Notes: generated by a model from the letters alone, not told the origin. Counted from the first letter of the stretch, positions 12,301 to 25,741 are shown. The stretch: DNA of 64,000 bases from Spongospora subterranea f. sp. subterranea (GCA_049724395.1 JAUGWO010000001.1:1-64000), one strand, 5' to 3'. Numbers and translations are program-made.

Positions 12301-14082
12301 CTCCACTTTCGTTTGACATAGTCACTCCAACGTCGGTTCTGAGTGATCAGCGCCTTGACAACAACAATAAATCAGTTTTATGATATCATCATCCTGTTCG
12401 GATAGAGTCAACAACAACTGCTTTGAGCCATTAATGTCAAATACAAAATCTGAGGCTTCCTTGAGCCGTTTCCATGATTGCTGGGCGCTTGCGCGCCAGT
12501 GACTTTATGGGCAAGGATTTGATGGCGGCATTGTGTTCTGGCTCGCCAACTCAATTGTGAATAAATGGTTCAAAATTTTAAACATTCCTTGTCATTGATT
12601 GCAGCTAGTGTAATGCATGAGTGTTCAATGTTCGATCACCACTGGCATCGCCAGAATCCGCCCCTGTTGATGACTGGAAGCAGTGACTCTGCCAGTGGTA
12701 TTTCAAGTGCGCGAACTTAAAAGTAAGCACCGCATTTTCATGTCGTTGTGACCATGTTTTTTTTTGTTTTAGGGTCTTCCAATCTCGAGAAGTCGGTGCT
12801 CCACGGATTTGGGCAAGGTTGCTCCCGAGTGGCTATTTCTTTCGACTGATGGATATGGGCTAAGCTTCTGAAGGCGGTTTATTTGTCCAGAAGGGTATCT
12901 TTGCCAATAAACATAATTTCAGCTACTCTTCCAGATGCTATTTTTGAATTATCGCATTCTTTATACTCCAAAATCGTCCATCAATGCCGTCCAAATTCAG
13001 TCGACATCCATTAGTCGAAGGAAGAAACGAAACAGCAGCAACAATGCGCATAGACTCGCCGTCCAATGCATAAAACTCGAAGATCATCTACTGTTGGTTT
13101 CGCACATTATCAGGAATCCTGAAGGGCTTGGCTCAAAATGACATGGTTGAAGACCTCTAAACCCAGTACGTACCAGAAAAAATGAATCTTCTATTTTTTT
13201 CGAACTACAAGTAGTGGACAGCAAACGTGGCCCGAACGCTCAAGAAATTTCAAAACTTTTTGTAATCCCTATTTCGTAGCAACGACAAAGCATCTACTAG
13301 CGGCGTTGACTTTGGTATTGAGTCAGTGTTTATCGCTAATAAGGCTCACTCTAATGATTATCACCACATCCCTCCGTCATCTGAGCAATCGTTTTCGATA
13401 ATTCCTACCTGCCTCTAGATTGTTTTCAACAAATATATATCATAAGGTTCAAATACAGTTTATGGAAATAGCTGCAATACCGTTCGGATGTGGTCCCAAA
13501 CATGCCGAGGGAATATTGTATTAAACATGTCGCTCCATTGACCATTCCCCATTTCAGAATTCGGTATCAATTCTCAGTTTGTAAGGTCATGATGCAATCG
13601 GGATTGCAATTTGGACCGTTTTACGTGCTAACAACCGACATCACTCTGGAGCGACATTTATCCCTGAGGCATTAACAGCGTTGCCTGCTCCTGGTTGGTC
13701 TCTACTATGATTTTGATATCGAAACATTGATTACACTCATTCGCAAATGAAAACTGAATAAATTGGAATCTGAATTTGAGAATGTACTGAGGAGCTGGAG
13801 ATGCGTGAAACTACTAAACGAAATTATTTGCAGAACCTGATATTCGTGAAAATTCTGCAGGTCAACAATCACTCTTTATATGCTGATGGGAGCAAGTTGG
13901 GGTTAATATGCCATCATGCCTCTCCGGCTGATGAATCCTTACGATTGCCTGTGAAAGCCGATTCGGTTGACGGTGTTGACTCAATTGTGATGAAAACCGA
14001 TGATTCAACTGCAATCAGATAGAGTTGATAAGGGTATTCCTGTCTATTGAACCTCATTACGATATAGCTTATTGAATATTAA

Positions 14083-14946
14083 ATGACTAAATTTCAAGGG
14101 ATGCATATATTGGCCTTTGTGGCGATAATTGCCTTAAGTCAGGCTCACGGTGGCCACGATGGTGACATCGTTCATCATCCCGATAATGATTTTCATGGCC
14201 TCACCAGTCATGGACGAGAAGACCACCACGATGGCGAGTATGATGGCGCTCTGCACGCAGCTCAGGAATTGGACGTCGCCCATCCTCTAGAGGCGCACGA
14301 TATTAAACACCATGAGGAAGGGCATCACGTAGGAGATCATCACGCCCATGGGCCAGCATTCCGTCCCGAACACCTACACGGTGACTATGAAGGACAAGCG
14401 TTCGGCCATGGTCACGAACCGCACCAAGAAATCTCCAGAACCGAGAACTTCGGTGATCATTTCGCTGAAAACGAAGGAGGACATCACCAAGCGGGCCATT
14501 TTGGACATGAACACGAGCACTTCGGTGAGGATTATGAAGGCGGACATGGACACTTTGGAGGTGAGTTTGAAGGCGGACACGGTCATGGGCATGATGGAGC
14601 TCATCATGGAGAGCACCAGGGGGGAGAACACGACGGCTACCATGGAGGGGATCATGAGGGCGAACATCACGGCTTGGGTCATGATGAATTCCATCACGGA
14701 TCGCTGCACGATGGAGTTCGACACGATATCGAACACGATGGCGCCTTACACGGCGGTGATCACTTCGGTGACGAGATGTTTGATCATCAAGGACACGACT
14801 CACCTCACGGTGGGCACCACGGAGGCGGTCACCATGGCGATCCTTTGGAGAATCATCACGAAGCTGGTCACGAAAATAACTTCGACTTCTTGCATGGCGA
14901 TTTCCCTTCGCACCATGTTGGCGGATATGAAGACTATCATCACTAA
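14083..14946 (+). CDS. Secreted His/Gly/Asp/Glu-rich low-complexity protein, 287 aa
   Basis: Single-exon ORF with a hydrophobic N-terminus 'MHILAFVAIIALSQA'. About 67 His by my count and no Cys. Confidence 0.85.
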   Translation: MTKFQGMHILAFVAIIALSQAHGGHDGDIVHHPDNDFHGLTSHGREDHHDGEYDGALHAAQELDVAHPLEAHDIKHHEEGHHVGDHHAHGPAFRPEHLHGDYEGQAFGHGHEPHQEISRTENFGDHFAENEGGHHQAGHFGHEHEHFGEDYEGGHGHFGGEFEGGHGHGHDGAHHGEHQGGEHDGYHGGDHEGEHHGLGHDEFHHGSLHDGVRHDIEHDGALHGGDHFGDEMFDHQGHDSPHGGHHGGGHHGDPLENHHEAGHENNFDFLHGDFPSHHVGGYEDYHH

Positions 14947-15647
14947 GGAGGCCATGGCCTTTTCGCCGATGATGCGCATCACTATTAAGTAATCTCACTA
15001 AAGCATCGATAGCATATTACATAAAACACCAATTTGTAGTTAAACAGCAACTCGATAGCTTTAACCGCAGTACAGAATGGGGCCCTGCACGACGCTGATC
15101 AGAGTGCAAACGTGACATTCTGTGTTCACCGTACAAAATTGATATTCAGGGCAATCATCGAAGACGCCTGCCGCCGGCAATGTTTGTTCCTGTGCTCATA
15201 GGACAAATTAATAATATTTTGGATCAGTGATGATGCTCGGTGTGGGGAGCCTGTATCAAACTGAGAGACAATAACAAGCAAGCCATGGTTTGAGTAGTTT
15301 GCCAAGTGGGTTTGAAAAATCTCTTCCGTGATGAGTAAACTTTCCCCAGTTGACTATGTTTTCCACATCGTCATTGCAACCGTGTGATGTTGATTAGATA
15401 AGATTCAACTGAAACCGATAACACTTTCAATTTCGGATACGCAGATGGGAAGTACGCATGTGAGCACATATCGTGATCTATTCCTCGCGCTACTCAAAGT
15501 ACTTGACCATCATCAGCTGGGTAATATATGATGTGGTCTCTCGATTATCTGGCGATGATGTCGTTTTTTCAAAAAAAACAATGAAAACTACGTTAGCACC
15601 TGATATAGCTGATTGTTGACCAACATAGAAACGCTCCTAAGATGTAT

Positions 15648-16172
15648 TCAAAGACATTCGTTGACTCGAAATACCATGAACGGCAAGGCAATGCTGAAAA
15701 ACCCAACGCCAAGTCTTGCAACTCTAACGACTCTAGTGTTGGCAAACCTCATCTCATTGGGTTTCAAAAGGCCAAGAATCCGGGCTGATGTTTGCATTCG
15801 GGTATCGTTTCTCAACGTTGCGTTCCCGTATTTCCTAATCCAAAACGCTTTTACTAGCTGTTTTGTGCCAAACGCAATCGAGAGTAAAGAAAAGGAGAAA
15901 AACCCAACTCGCCGAGCTGTTGGAGACAAGTCCTTCGAGATATTCCCTACTGGCTGAACGTTGTAATAACCTAAAAAAACTAAGCCTGCCGTCAACAGCG
16001 CAAACATTGTTAAACATACCATCGCAGACAACAGTATAGCGACAATCAGGGCAAACAGTCCAGTACGATTTGCCGAGAATGTTTGGGTGAGAGCACGACA
16101 TGATACCTGGGGGTACAAATTTGAAGGATGGACATGAAACACCGAAAAACCCGGTACCAGATGACCTATCAA
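15648..16172 (-). CDS. Putative membrane protein of unknown function (ends uncertain)
   Basis: 174-codon ORF with 2-3 hydrophobic segments. A related decayed copy lies next to it on the + strand. Confidence 0.45.
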   Translation of the reverse strand: MIGHLVPGFSVFHVHPSNLYPQVSCRALTQTFSANRTGLFALIVAILLSAMVCLTMFALLTAGLVFLGYYNVQPVGNISKDLSPTARRVGFFSFSLLSIAFGTKQLVKAFWIRKYGNATLRNDTRMQTSARILGLLKPNEMRFANTRVVRVARLGVGFFSIALPFMVFRVNECL

Positions 16173-16399
16173 TAGGACAGAGAGCCATATATTTTGTTAA
16201 CCTCAATCGTTATCGGACTATTGGATCATCGGAGTATTAATCTTCACTCATTTTCTGAAAGGCAAATCCAGTCGGCTGCCTGCTCAGATTAGATCCCTAC
16301 TTGTGTCTGTACTTATACTTTGCATGTGAGCGAAAGTATACATCCATTTGTTTGCAATACACCTTCGATCAGCAAAGAGCATGAGAATGATCACATATT

Positions 16400-16600
16400 C
16401 AGGAATCAGCTTTGTCTCCTGCCGATCGACATATTTGCCTCAGCCTTTGGCCAGCCCAGCTGGCTAAAGCATTTGGATACTGATGTAAAGAGGATAAACA
16501 ATACCCGATTACTGACGGCGATGCAAGTTGAGATCTTGAACCAAATGAGATGAGGTTTGCCAAAATAATTGCTGTCACCAGACTGGGCGCTGATGCCCTC
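16400..16600 (+). pseudogene. Decayed paralog fragment of the 15648-16172 membrane protein
   Basis: Translates 'QLAKAF' and 'LEPNEMRFAKIIAVTRLG', versus 'QLVKAF' and 'LKPNEMRFANTRVVRVARLG' in the neighbouring ORF. Confidence 0.55.
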
Positions 16601-17160
16601 ACGTTGATGTCAGTTGTCGTCAATAAAATGTGTTTTTGTGCCCAGCCGCTAGTCTCGTGTTCCGAAACGGCAATAAATCACGAAGCAAACGATGTTGTGA
16701 TTCCCAAGTCAAATCAACAATGACCCCAAGCCGCGATCAATGTTTCTTATAGAATATTTGATTTGCTGGAAACATTAACTCAAACGACTAATGTAACGTC
16801 TGAGCTCATGCTATCGTTAGTCAACAGTCGACTACAACATCTATCGCTCAGAGATCACGTTACAATTGGCCACTATGGCATTTACCAATATGAGTTTGAA
16901 TAAAGACTGAAATACATCATCGATGAATTTACGGATAACCATGAAGATCCCAATATAATTTTCCACCAAAGACCAGTTTTACGCAAACTCCCGTGATTCC
17001 CGCAACTTCCTGCGTGCGATGTGGCCCCGATTCACATGCCTACATTGAGTTTCAAATTCCGCTCCCAGTGCATTTGAACGCTGCAATATCGAAAAAATGT
17101 CGAGGCTGTGAAACGCCCTGCTCTAGATGTAAACAAAAATACTAAACGTCTGAAAAACAA

Positions 17161-17233
17161 TGCCCCACATCGGGCTTGAACCGATGACCTTTGGCTTATT
17201 AGACCAATGCTCTACCAACTGAGCTAGCGGGGC
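17161..17233 (-). tRNA. tRNA-Ile (anticodon AAT)
   Basis: GCCCCGCTAGCTCAGTTGGTAGAGCA-TTGGT-CTAATAA-GCCAA-AGGTC-ATCGG-TTCAAGC-CCGAT-GTGGGGCA folds into a full cloverleaf with A and B boxes. Confidence 0.95.
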
Positions 17234-17253
17234 AGCGATAGATAGATTTGTAA

Positions 17254-17841
17254 CGAGAAATGATCGTAATAACGTAACTGATATACTGTTGATTCTACGA
17301 TCTGATATTACGATCTTCTCTCCTTTCAAATAAACGCTTCTTGTTCTTACGTTCGTCCTGATCTGTACGCTACCGGTCGTTAAATTAAGAGTTAAGAGTC
17401 CCACACCCTGCTCAAAATCCTGCCCTGCACAATTCAAATGGCCAAAACGCGAAGCGCAAACCACGTCGACGACTCTGATCAAGTCACAACCCCAAGTCGA
17501 CGCGAAACCACACAACCACAAAACGAACCTATACCAAGTCAACATTTGGCTAAACAAGAAAGATCGTGGTAGCAGATCGTAAGATCAACAGTACGTTAAT
17601 TACGTTAGGATCGCTTCTCATCTGAAATGCCCCTTCGATCCGAACGTTACCATAACTTCGTCTTGATATTTCCGAAATGAGTTCGGTCCCAGTGACTTTA
17701 TTAGGATCTCTGCAAGGGGCGTATCAGATGAGAAACGATCCTAACGTAACTAACGTATTGTTGATCCTACGATCTGCTACTATGATCTTCTATACTTCTT
17801 GAATATATGCTTCTGTTCTTACGTTCGTCCTGATCTACCCT
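17254..17841. repeat. Three copies of a ~120-bp MITE-like element (17254-17364 +, 17558-17635 -, 17714-17841 +)
   Basis: Shared core GAGAAA..GATC..TAACGTAACT...TGTTGAT.CTACGATCTG; the two + copies continue to GTTCTTACGTTCGTCCTGATCT. The third copy has imperfect inverted ends (AGGGGCGTATCAG / CTGATCTACCCT). Confidence 0.7.
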
Positions 17842-18088
17842 CATGATTGCTCGGCGCACTATTACGGTATTCAGAGAACAAAAAAGAGTGCATCCAGGGC
17901 TTTTTATTCGAATTTCGCTTGCATCTCAAATGAACCACCTATGTAGTCGTTATGCTCATAACATGCTACATTTCGTCACCGACAACAGCAACCTCCGCCG
18001 AAAACGAGCCTGAATATGTCAAAATTGCAGAAGTTCTCAACGTCAAAATTGTAAAAGTAACCAGCAACAAACCATGAACCATTTTATT

Positions 18089-21000
18089 TCAGCGTCGTCG
18101 ACCATTCCGCCCCAGCTTTGATGTCCTCAAATCCGCTGTGGCAGAATCGATGACTTATTTTGCTGAGCGCTGAATGTATCGATGACAGCCGTGCACTGTC
18201 AGCAGTGCAGGTCCGATTTGCAGACAGGGATACATGTTTTACTGACACATAGAAAGAAATAACCTGAATTTGTTAGTTCGTGAGAAACTTCACGAAAGCG
18301 TTCATGATGGTGTTCCATCCTATGAGATTTGCAAAAATCCTAGAACTTGACTGTGCAGTTGAGAAACTGCAGTACCTAGAGCGTTTAGGGTCGTTTGGTC
18401 GCACAGAATCATGCGTTGGAAAAGTTTGAAAGCAAATCCGGATTGTAAGCTGCCAATCGCCTCATGAACTGTAACTCTAATCGTTGATCATTTCGAGATG
18501 TACTAAAAATTAAGTTAAATAAAGAATTTTTCTTTATATGATCAGATTCAGGTAGGGTCATCACAATCATTCCTGTCGAATGGACTGATAATGCTGCCCT
18601 CGTTCTGGCACTTGATGTGCTGTGAATCGAGCGCCGCCCGCTTCCAAAACTAATAATTATTAACAAAAGGATAATGAAAGCTGATGCCATTAACGGTACC
18701 ATTACATTACCGTCCAACGAAGCGCTAACCAATCTAGGCGTACAATGTAAGAAACAGGCAAAGAATGACTAAAACGACTCAAAATACTTTGACAAACTTT
18801 CAGCTGGTAAATTGAATCACTCCCAACAATGATAAACAAAACCAGCATTTTTGCATCAAAGTGATTACGATCGCACTCAACAGTTAAATTTCAACGCATT
18901 CCGTTTGAAAATTTCACAACAACTGTGAGGTAACCTAATAATTGATAGAAATAGATGTACCTATCCGGTTCGAGAAGGAGTAATGCTGTGATCTTATCGC
19001 CATGAGCACGTATTACATATTTGATCTCGCCGGTACCTTGCGAATTCCAGACGCAGATACTTCCATTGCTGTGGCTTGTGTAAATCTAATGACAATGGGT
19101 CAACAAGCCGCTTTTTGAAATTCAACTCAAAAATTCTCTAACGACATCAAATGTTCAATTCCAAAAGTGAAACTAAGCTTCTAAACAGAGAGACAATTCG
19201 TATCTTCAGAGTAAATCATCTAGATATGAGCAGGAAAACGCTATTTACTTCTCTGAACCGTTCACTAAATGTAACTCCTGTTACAGCGCTTGTTGGACCA
19301 GAACTCAGCTGGGCAACAACACGGAATGATGATACGGGGCTGTCGACTTTGTTCAACATTCGTACAATGCATTGGCGCTTATCTCCGGCAAACAACGCTC
19401 GTTCCTTATAAGAGTAATGCAGGGTTGCATAACAACCTGAAATACGCATGAAAGTCAACCAGATTGGTCTTTCCACCTCCCGAACATGACAAGGAAAACC
19501 AACGACACTAGAAATGTAAAAGTTTTGCAAAATATGTCTTCAAACGCAACCCGACTCAATAGTTGACGTTTCTATGCGGCCCGTTGAAAAATGTCAAACC
19601 ACATTGTACGCGCACCGTTACCGGTGGACTCCGGCAATGGGCCAATCAGGCAGAATTGACAGCCGGTGACATCAATAATCACGATCTGTGTCGCTGTCCC
19701 TACAAGCAGCACGTTCCGGTTCGGCATCGGTTCTGAGGAATTGAAAACCCCTCCATCAAGCTTCCGCTGAGAAGTATACAAACTAATGCTTTATACCACA
19801 GGTCAGGACGGGTGAACCAAGTTCAATGCGAGCAATGCAAACAACGGGATCGACATGCAGCATGGAAATGGTATGATCGAGACTGCATGAAATCTGAAAA
19901 AAATAAGTTCACGCAAAATGTCTGAATACTTTTTCTACAAGTACGGACGAATCAGGGAGGAAACGCAATGCAGAAATTGCTCGACTGTGCAGAATTAGGG
20001 ATATTCTGTCAACAAGATCGCAACGCGATGTACTCAATGTGTAAACCTAATCTCAATCAGCATACCTGATGATTTGCAGTCACGGAATGAAAAAACCACT
20101 CCAATTACAAATATTAGGGCAAAATCATAGTGGCAAACCCGAATTTGCAGACAGTGGTAAAGTTGTTGCTACGAACATACATGAAGCACCCCAGAAACAA
20201 GGCCCACAAAAACCTGATAAAATTGTCAGAAAAATGTTACATATAAATATACTTATTGATATACCTGCCGAAGCTGTGGATTGTATTCGATGCTACATGA
20301 CGGGTCCGGGAAACTGCACACAAACAGCACACATTAACAACAAACCGGCCCGAAATTCGCGACAAGATTACTAGGAATTGATAACGAACAGAGTAATGCA
20401 AAAGCGGATCAAGCAGAAAACGGACTGTTTGTCATTCTAAAACCAAAAGAAACTTACTAAGCGCAAGCACATACAGACCATTCTTCTTGAGCATTACGTG
20501 TCCAAACCTATATTTAAACGTTCATTAAAGCATATAACCCTAGGAACTCGATTTGTACATTGACGGAGCCCACTGGGACAATGGCGCCTATTAAAGCTTC
20601 TAAGAACCATGGTTAGATTTCCTTGATTTTCAAATATACCTTGCTTCTCCCAAGGAAATTTGGCGTTCGTCAGCAGCGAATCCAGCCGATGGAAAATAGC
20701 CAAATCTTCACAACTGATAGTAGATTAACTCGACTATAACCAGGCGGTCGATCACACAGTATATTTACCGACCCAGTAAACACGAACTCATCGCGGCAAC
20801 ACATCGCTCGAACTCCGAATTTTGGGTCTGACAAGATAGTATCGGCCACCAAACGATGTGGAACCATGAGTTGAACGCCGTGGTCCTTGAAACAAAACAG
20901 AGTTTTTAATTGAAACTGCTGGACAAAAAGTTCACGTTACGTTGAGTTCAAGGAACGACCCCAATTCTTCGGATTGCAACACAGCCTCTATCTTCATCAA

Positions 21001-21360
21001 CTGGCTTAAATAATTGTCCAGCGCGTTACGCCTTTCCTCCACGAAAACGGCTTCCATGTTGAACCCGAATTTCTTCGGTGGTAACGGCGGCAATCGACGG
21101 AAATTGGTCGATAATGCGGAATGCAAACGGCTGAAAGTCGAATATCGCTTGTTCAAGATCCATTGGACGCGATTCTCAGTTGCCGCGTGGATCCGGGTGC
21201 CATCATCGCAAGTAGCGTCGACAATAATGACGTATGCGGTGTGCGTCTGTAGAACGACATCGCTCGGCAGTGAAACAGTCCTGACCAAGTTTACCAGCGT
21301 TGTCAGGACCGAACTAGGTTCCACAGTTCGGGATGCCTGAACCCGTGCATGTATCACCAT
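18089..21360 (-). CDS. PX-domain + WD40-repeat protein, multi-exon (3' end approximate)
   Basis: The first exon has PX motifs 'KRYSTFSRLH...LPPLPPKK...FVEERRNALDNYL'. Later exons give WD-like blades 'HSNGSICVWNS' and 'AHGDKITALLLLEPD/RLVSASLDGNV'. Confidence 0.75.
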
Positions 21361-21799
21361 AATGTGATACAGGTTATTAGATGACGCCGAGACACGTCAA
21401 CATTAATACATGAGGAAACGCTATAACGATACACCTCTAAGCAGAACCACAGATACTTTAGCGATGAGGACAGATGGGTGCGCAATACATTTGCTGCGTA
21501 CAGGTCACGTGAAACAGGATGACGATGTGTACCTGACTACACCTGTGCATCTCTGTATGCGCACCTTACTCGCCTCCGTTTCAAGAGAACTGGTCGATAA
21601 CGGACAGTTTTTTTGCCCCAAAACAAGTGGGCGATGTCGATGTGGCTTCTTAGAGATACAACACCCCCTTCACGAATAAAGGCCGCTCTTCTGTGGAACT
21701 CTAGAAAAAAAATCAGCTGAGACAAAACAGGTTCAGTTTTTGTTTAAGTTTCTAAATAGGTCTGCCAACAGATTGTCGTCATGGTCCAGGACAATGGTC

Positions 21800-23258
21800 T
21801 GCTCGTTCTGCAGGTTTTTTAAATCACAGAGCATCTGCATTCTGCAATTTGTTCTTCCCCATATGAGGGCTTTGAAATCTGTTGCCTCTATCTTCTGCGA
21901 TGCAGGAGCTCAGAACGACCTGTAAGGTATGAAGATTTCGATTGAGTTTAAGCGGGTCCAGCCCATCAAAATGATTCACAGACTGCCGACACCAATTCGT
22001 CGAGATTGCGTGGGGTTTTAGTAGTGCTTGCATAGCATTGAAGAAACCCAGATCTAACACGTTCATATTCGGACTGTCCGGCGGCTGACATACTAAACGG
22101 ATGTCGTATCCATCGTTCTGTGTAGTCTTGATACGATCCTCGTTGTCTGGCTTGATGTGCGGACGGGCATTATCTTTTTGTATGAAAATTGATACGTTTT
22201 TAGAAAACTTTGACTGGATTGCGGAGATGACTTTGGTAATCAGAGCATCCAGACACTGTGTTCTATCGACCATAATAAATTTCGTGACAAGTGTTCCCTT
22301 GGTTCGGATCTTGCTTTATTTGCTGGTCTTTGACAATAAATGGCCACCGATTCTTCCACCAAACTCCGTTGTTAAATGTTGGCTTTAGCAACTGCTGCTA
22401 AGCACATCATTTTGTCGATGAAAGATTTGCTTTGGCAGCTGCGGTAGGGTAACTGTTCTTCGACAATTAAGTTGGACTTGCGGGTAAAATAAAACCACTT
22501 CTCGTCAATGTGGGCGACATCGTACAAATCCTGAAACTTCAGGGGCTATAAAATCGTGTTCCAACTTGAATACAGAATCGCAAACGTGCTTTTTTATTTG
22601 CCTCCATCAGTTGTTTCAAAAAATATGAATGGCGACGAATGATTCCGCTTTTAGCCCCAGCAATTCCTCTGAGGGGGCCTCGTTTTCTTAGAGGACCGGC
22701 CGCTACTGCCGAAGAAATATCGACATTTTTTTGCTTTCGTCCACAAGATTTCTTGCGATGGGAAACGTCTGCAGCAACGCTTCCGGCAATCAAGGACTAA
22801 TTTCCGCGGCGTCAAATTCGGCTCCAGTTTGTCCCGTTTCGTCGCCTTCGTGACAAAACTTCACTTTGCAGGGAGCTTAGGGTTGTTGAGCATTGTCAAA
22901 AGTCTCCCATAAATAGCGCGGCGCTGATCGTTGTTCAGCATAAGCCCGGTGGTTATATTCGCGCCAGCCCTTTATCGAAAAATGATCTGAAATCATATCT
23001 CATGGCTTGAACAATGCAGTGCCGTTTACAGCCAGTCCATATTCTGTGTTTTGCCACATACTGTCATACAGAAAATTCATGACGCCATCTTTGAACGAAG
23101 ATAGAACAATGAAAAATATAGCGATGTTGCTTCAATGACAGTACATGTGAAAGAAATTAACTTTATTCGCGATGATGTCATTTGAACTCGATATTTTGAA
23201 AATTGACCTTAAACCGATGAAAAAGCCAGTATCGACCAGTTATTTTGGAACAGAGGGA
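21800..23258 (-). mobile_element. Degenerate mariner-like (plant/oomycete-type) transposon
   Basis: Motifs 'RKKSCGRK', 'YDVAHIDEKWFY', 'IQKDNARPH' and 'CQPPDSPNMNVLDLGFF' occur with frameshifts. A Stowaway-like TIR remnant TTTTGGAACAGAGGGA lies at about 23243-23258. Confidence 0.85.
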
Positions 23259-23563
23259 TGAAGACAACCATAAACGATTCCAATCGCATGAGACGATCGT
23301 TAGCGTTGGTCATCTGAAAACGCAATTATATCGTTAATCCACTGCAAGTTAACATGCTGAACAAGCTAGTTTTCGTTTGAAGTGATTTGATTCTCTCCCC
23401 AAGCCAATGCAACAGAAGCTGTTGTGTGCGCGTTGCCCTCCACCGTCCACGGGATGAACCCGGAACTCTAAGAGGCTCCGCTTATCGCCCCATCACTTAC
23501 AGTGTTTAAGTCTCTCTGCAGTTCCTAACATGTGTACTTGTCTCGCTCGTGCTGGTTATCCTG

Positions 23564-25741
23564 ATGCCAATCGATGAACGCATTGTCGCCTGTCCTAGCC
23601 AAATTCCAGTCTTCAAATGTAATTCCGACGTTATATTGCAAGCTTCTGGGGTTTCGCAAACCGTCGTATTAATTGTAAGGTTGCACGGTCCCGTGTTTTC
23701 GATGCCGGTTGTGTTCTGTTGGTTGCTCTGACTTATTGAGGTTATAATTGCTAAATCATTGCTTACTGTATTTTCGGATTTCTTGTTTCAAATAATGTCC
23801 TCTATGACCGTACTACATCATTCGCCTTAGGATTTTCATTCTGAAATGTGCCCATATACTATAATGACTCATGGTTAGAGCCAATTTGCGTCGTTATCGG
23901 CCCTGGCCAACGATATTTTCACCACCCTTTTCCATGATACATCGACCATTTTAAACCGTCTTATTACCGTCTCGGACGTGATCGCGAGGGTTGGGACCAC
24001 AATGGCATCAATGGACAACCAAACCCTTGCCACACTTAAGGCTGTCAAAGCCTCAGATCGTAAGTTTGCTTGTTTTTTTTTTTAATTGGGTTTGATCATT
24101 AGTCACCGCCAGCGGATCGCTAACCGAGGTTTTTTCATGAAGATGTGTGTATGAATATGTTTTGTATGGTTTGAGAGATCTTTCTAAATCAATCTTCATC
24201 GGTTTACGACGACTTTTCTAGAAAAGGCAATTTCAGCTTTCCAGTTGAGTGGTGTGTTCTCTGCAATGTTTTTTTTATTCTGGTGAGTGAACATGCAGTA
24301 GTTTACTGACGGTGCCCTAGACGAGATGGGCGGGTCAAATTTTACTTTTATGAACGATTCACTTCCTGCACCTTTACGGGAACGATTTCAGAAAGCCAAT
24401 CCGATGCCCGACTTTTCCTCATTGGATCAGTTTGACGATTTGAAGAATTGTGCGTCAAAGTATTCGCATCCGGAATTCTTCATTGAACAGGTTTTTAGTT
24501 TCATCTCACATGGAACTTCCAATAACAAATTCTATAGTGGTTAATTAACGAGCGGCAACGGCAAAAAGATGCTGAACAGGCAAGGCTGAAAAAACGTGAA
24601 GAACGTCGAGCACGCCGTAAAATCGATCGTATGAAAAATGCAACTGCATCGGATGAGAAGGGTGTCCGGATCGCGGTGAACGCTGTTAAAAAGAAACAGT
24701 AGGTTATCATAATTTCACCATAAATTCTTAATGAGGAACATCTATTTCGCTTTATCTAGTGTTATATTTTCATCGGTCATAATAAATTTTTCTTCAGGTA
24801 TCACGTACATGGACAGGAATTTGCAGGAATCGAAGTTGAGGGTCCTGCAGCTACATCGACCAGCATTATTCCCGTACTGCGACGATTTTCATTGGATGGT
24901 GCTTCTACACATCGGCGATCTTCGGTTGAATGTGGTCCTACCGTCGCAGTTGACCCCTCGCTAATCCAGCTCAATCAAGAAGTCGAATTGTCGGTCTGTA
25001 ATTCGGCTTCACCACAGAACGAACCGACATCTTTTCTCTCCGAGGTAAGCTGACGCTGTGTATGGTCCTCGCTAATATGTAAACTTTTCATCTACAGAGC
25101 GTTTGTTCATCTAGTAATCTACCTTCACCTCCGCCACCGCCGCTGTTCCTCTCTCCGCCTATTGTGCCCGTAATACGGGCATCAGAATGCTCGGATGTGG
25201 TATTACCTGCTGTACCACCCCCACCTCCCCCGCTGTCATCGTTCGCGTACGAGCCAGAAGAATACTCTGAGCCACCGCCTGTTGACCGTAGTGCCTTACT
25301 TTCTGGTATCCAGCAAGGGATGACTTTGAAACGGGCTGCCCTTGAAAACATGCCAGTCAAACCCGAAAATGATCGCGAGGATCTTCTATCCCAAATTCGC
25401 CAAGTATGTTTTTCAATTTTGTGATTATTTGTGCAATAACGTGTATTGTCGTCAAAACATTGCCATGTGTTCATTTTTTTTATCGTGAAGCGAATAACTT
25501 TTTGCTGCTGTCGATATTTCTGGATAGTCTAAAGTTTCGACAGCTCATTTTATTGCTAATTTTTTTATTACAGGGTGGTGCTTTGCGCTCGACACCCAAG
25601 GTGCCATCATCTCCTGCAAAGACCGATGACGCTTATTCAGAAATCAAGGCTTTGCTGAATCGCCGTCAGTTCCTCGCACCTATCGACAGTGATCATTCCG
25701 AAGGCGACGGAAGTTACGATAGCGATGATTGGAAAGAATAA
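23564..25741 (+). CDS. SCAR/WAVE: SCAR/WAVE family Arp2/3 activator, multi-exon
   Basis: WAVE-homology domain ('SQFASLSALANDIF', 'SLPAPLRERF...KYSHPEFFIEQ'), a basic region, polyproline, two WH2 motifs ('DRSALLSGIQQGMTLKR', 'DREDLLSQIRQ/GGALR'), a C helix 'LLNRRQFL' and an acidic tail 'DSDDWKE'. Confidence 0.9.

Noticed and set aside
14303..14998. Long overlapping and antisense ORFs over the His-rich gene
   Set aside because: Expected shadows of low-complexity CAT/CAC/GGN codon usage.
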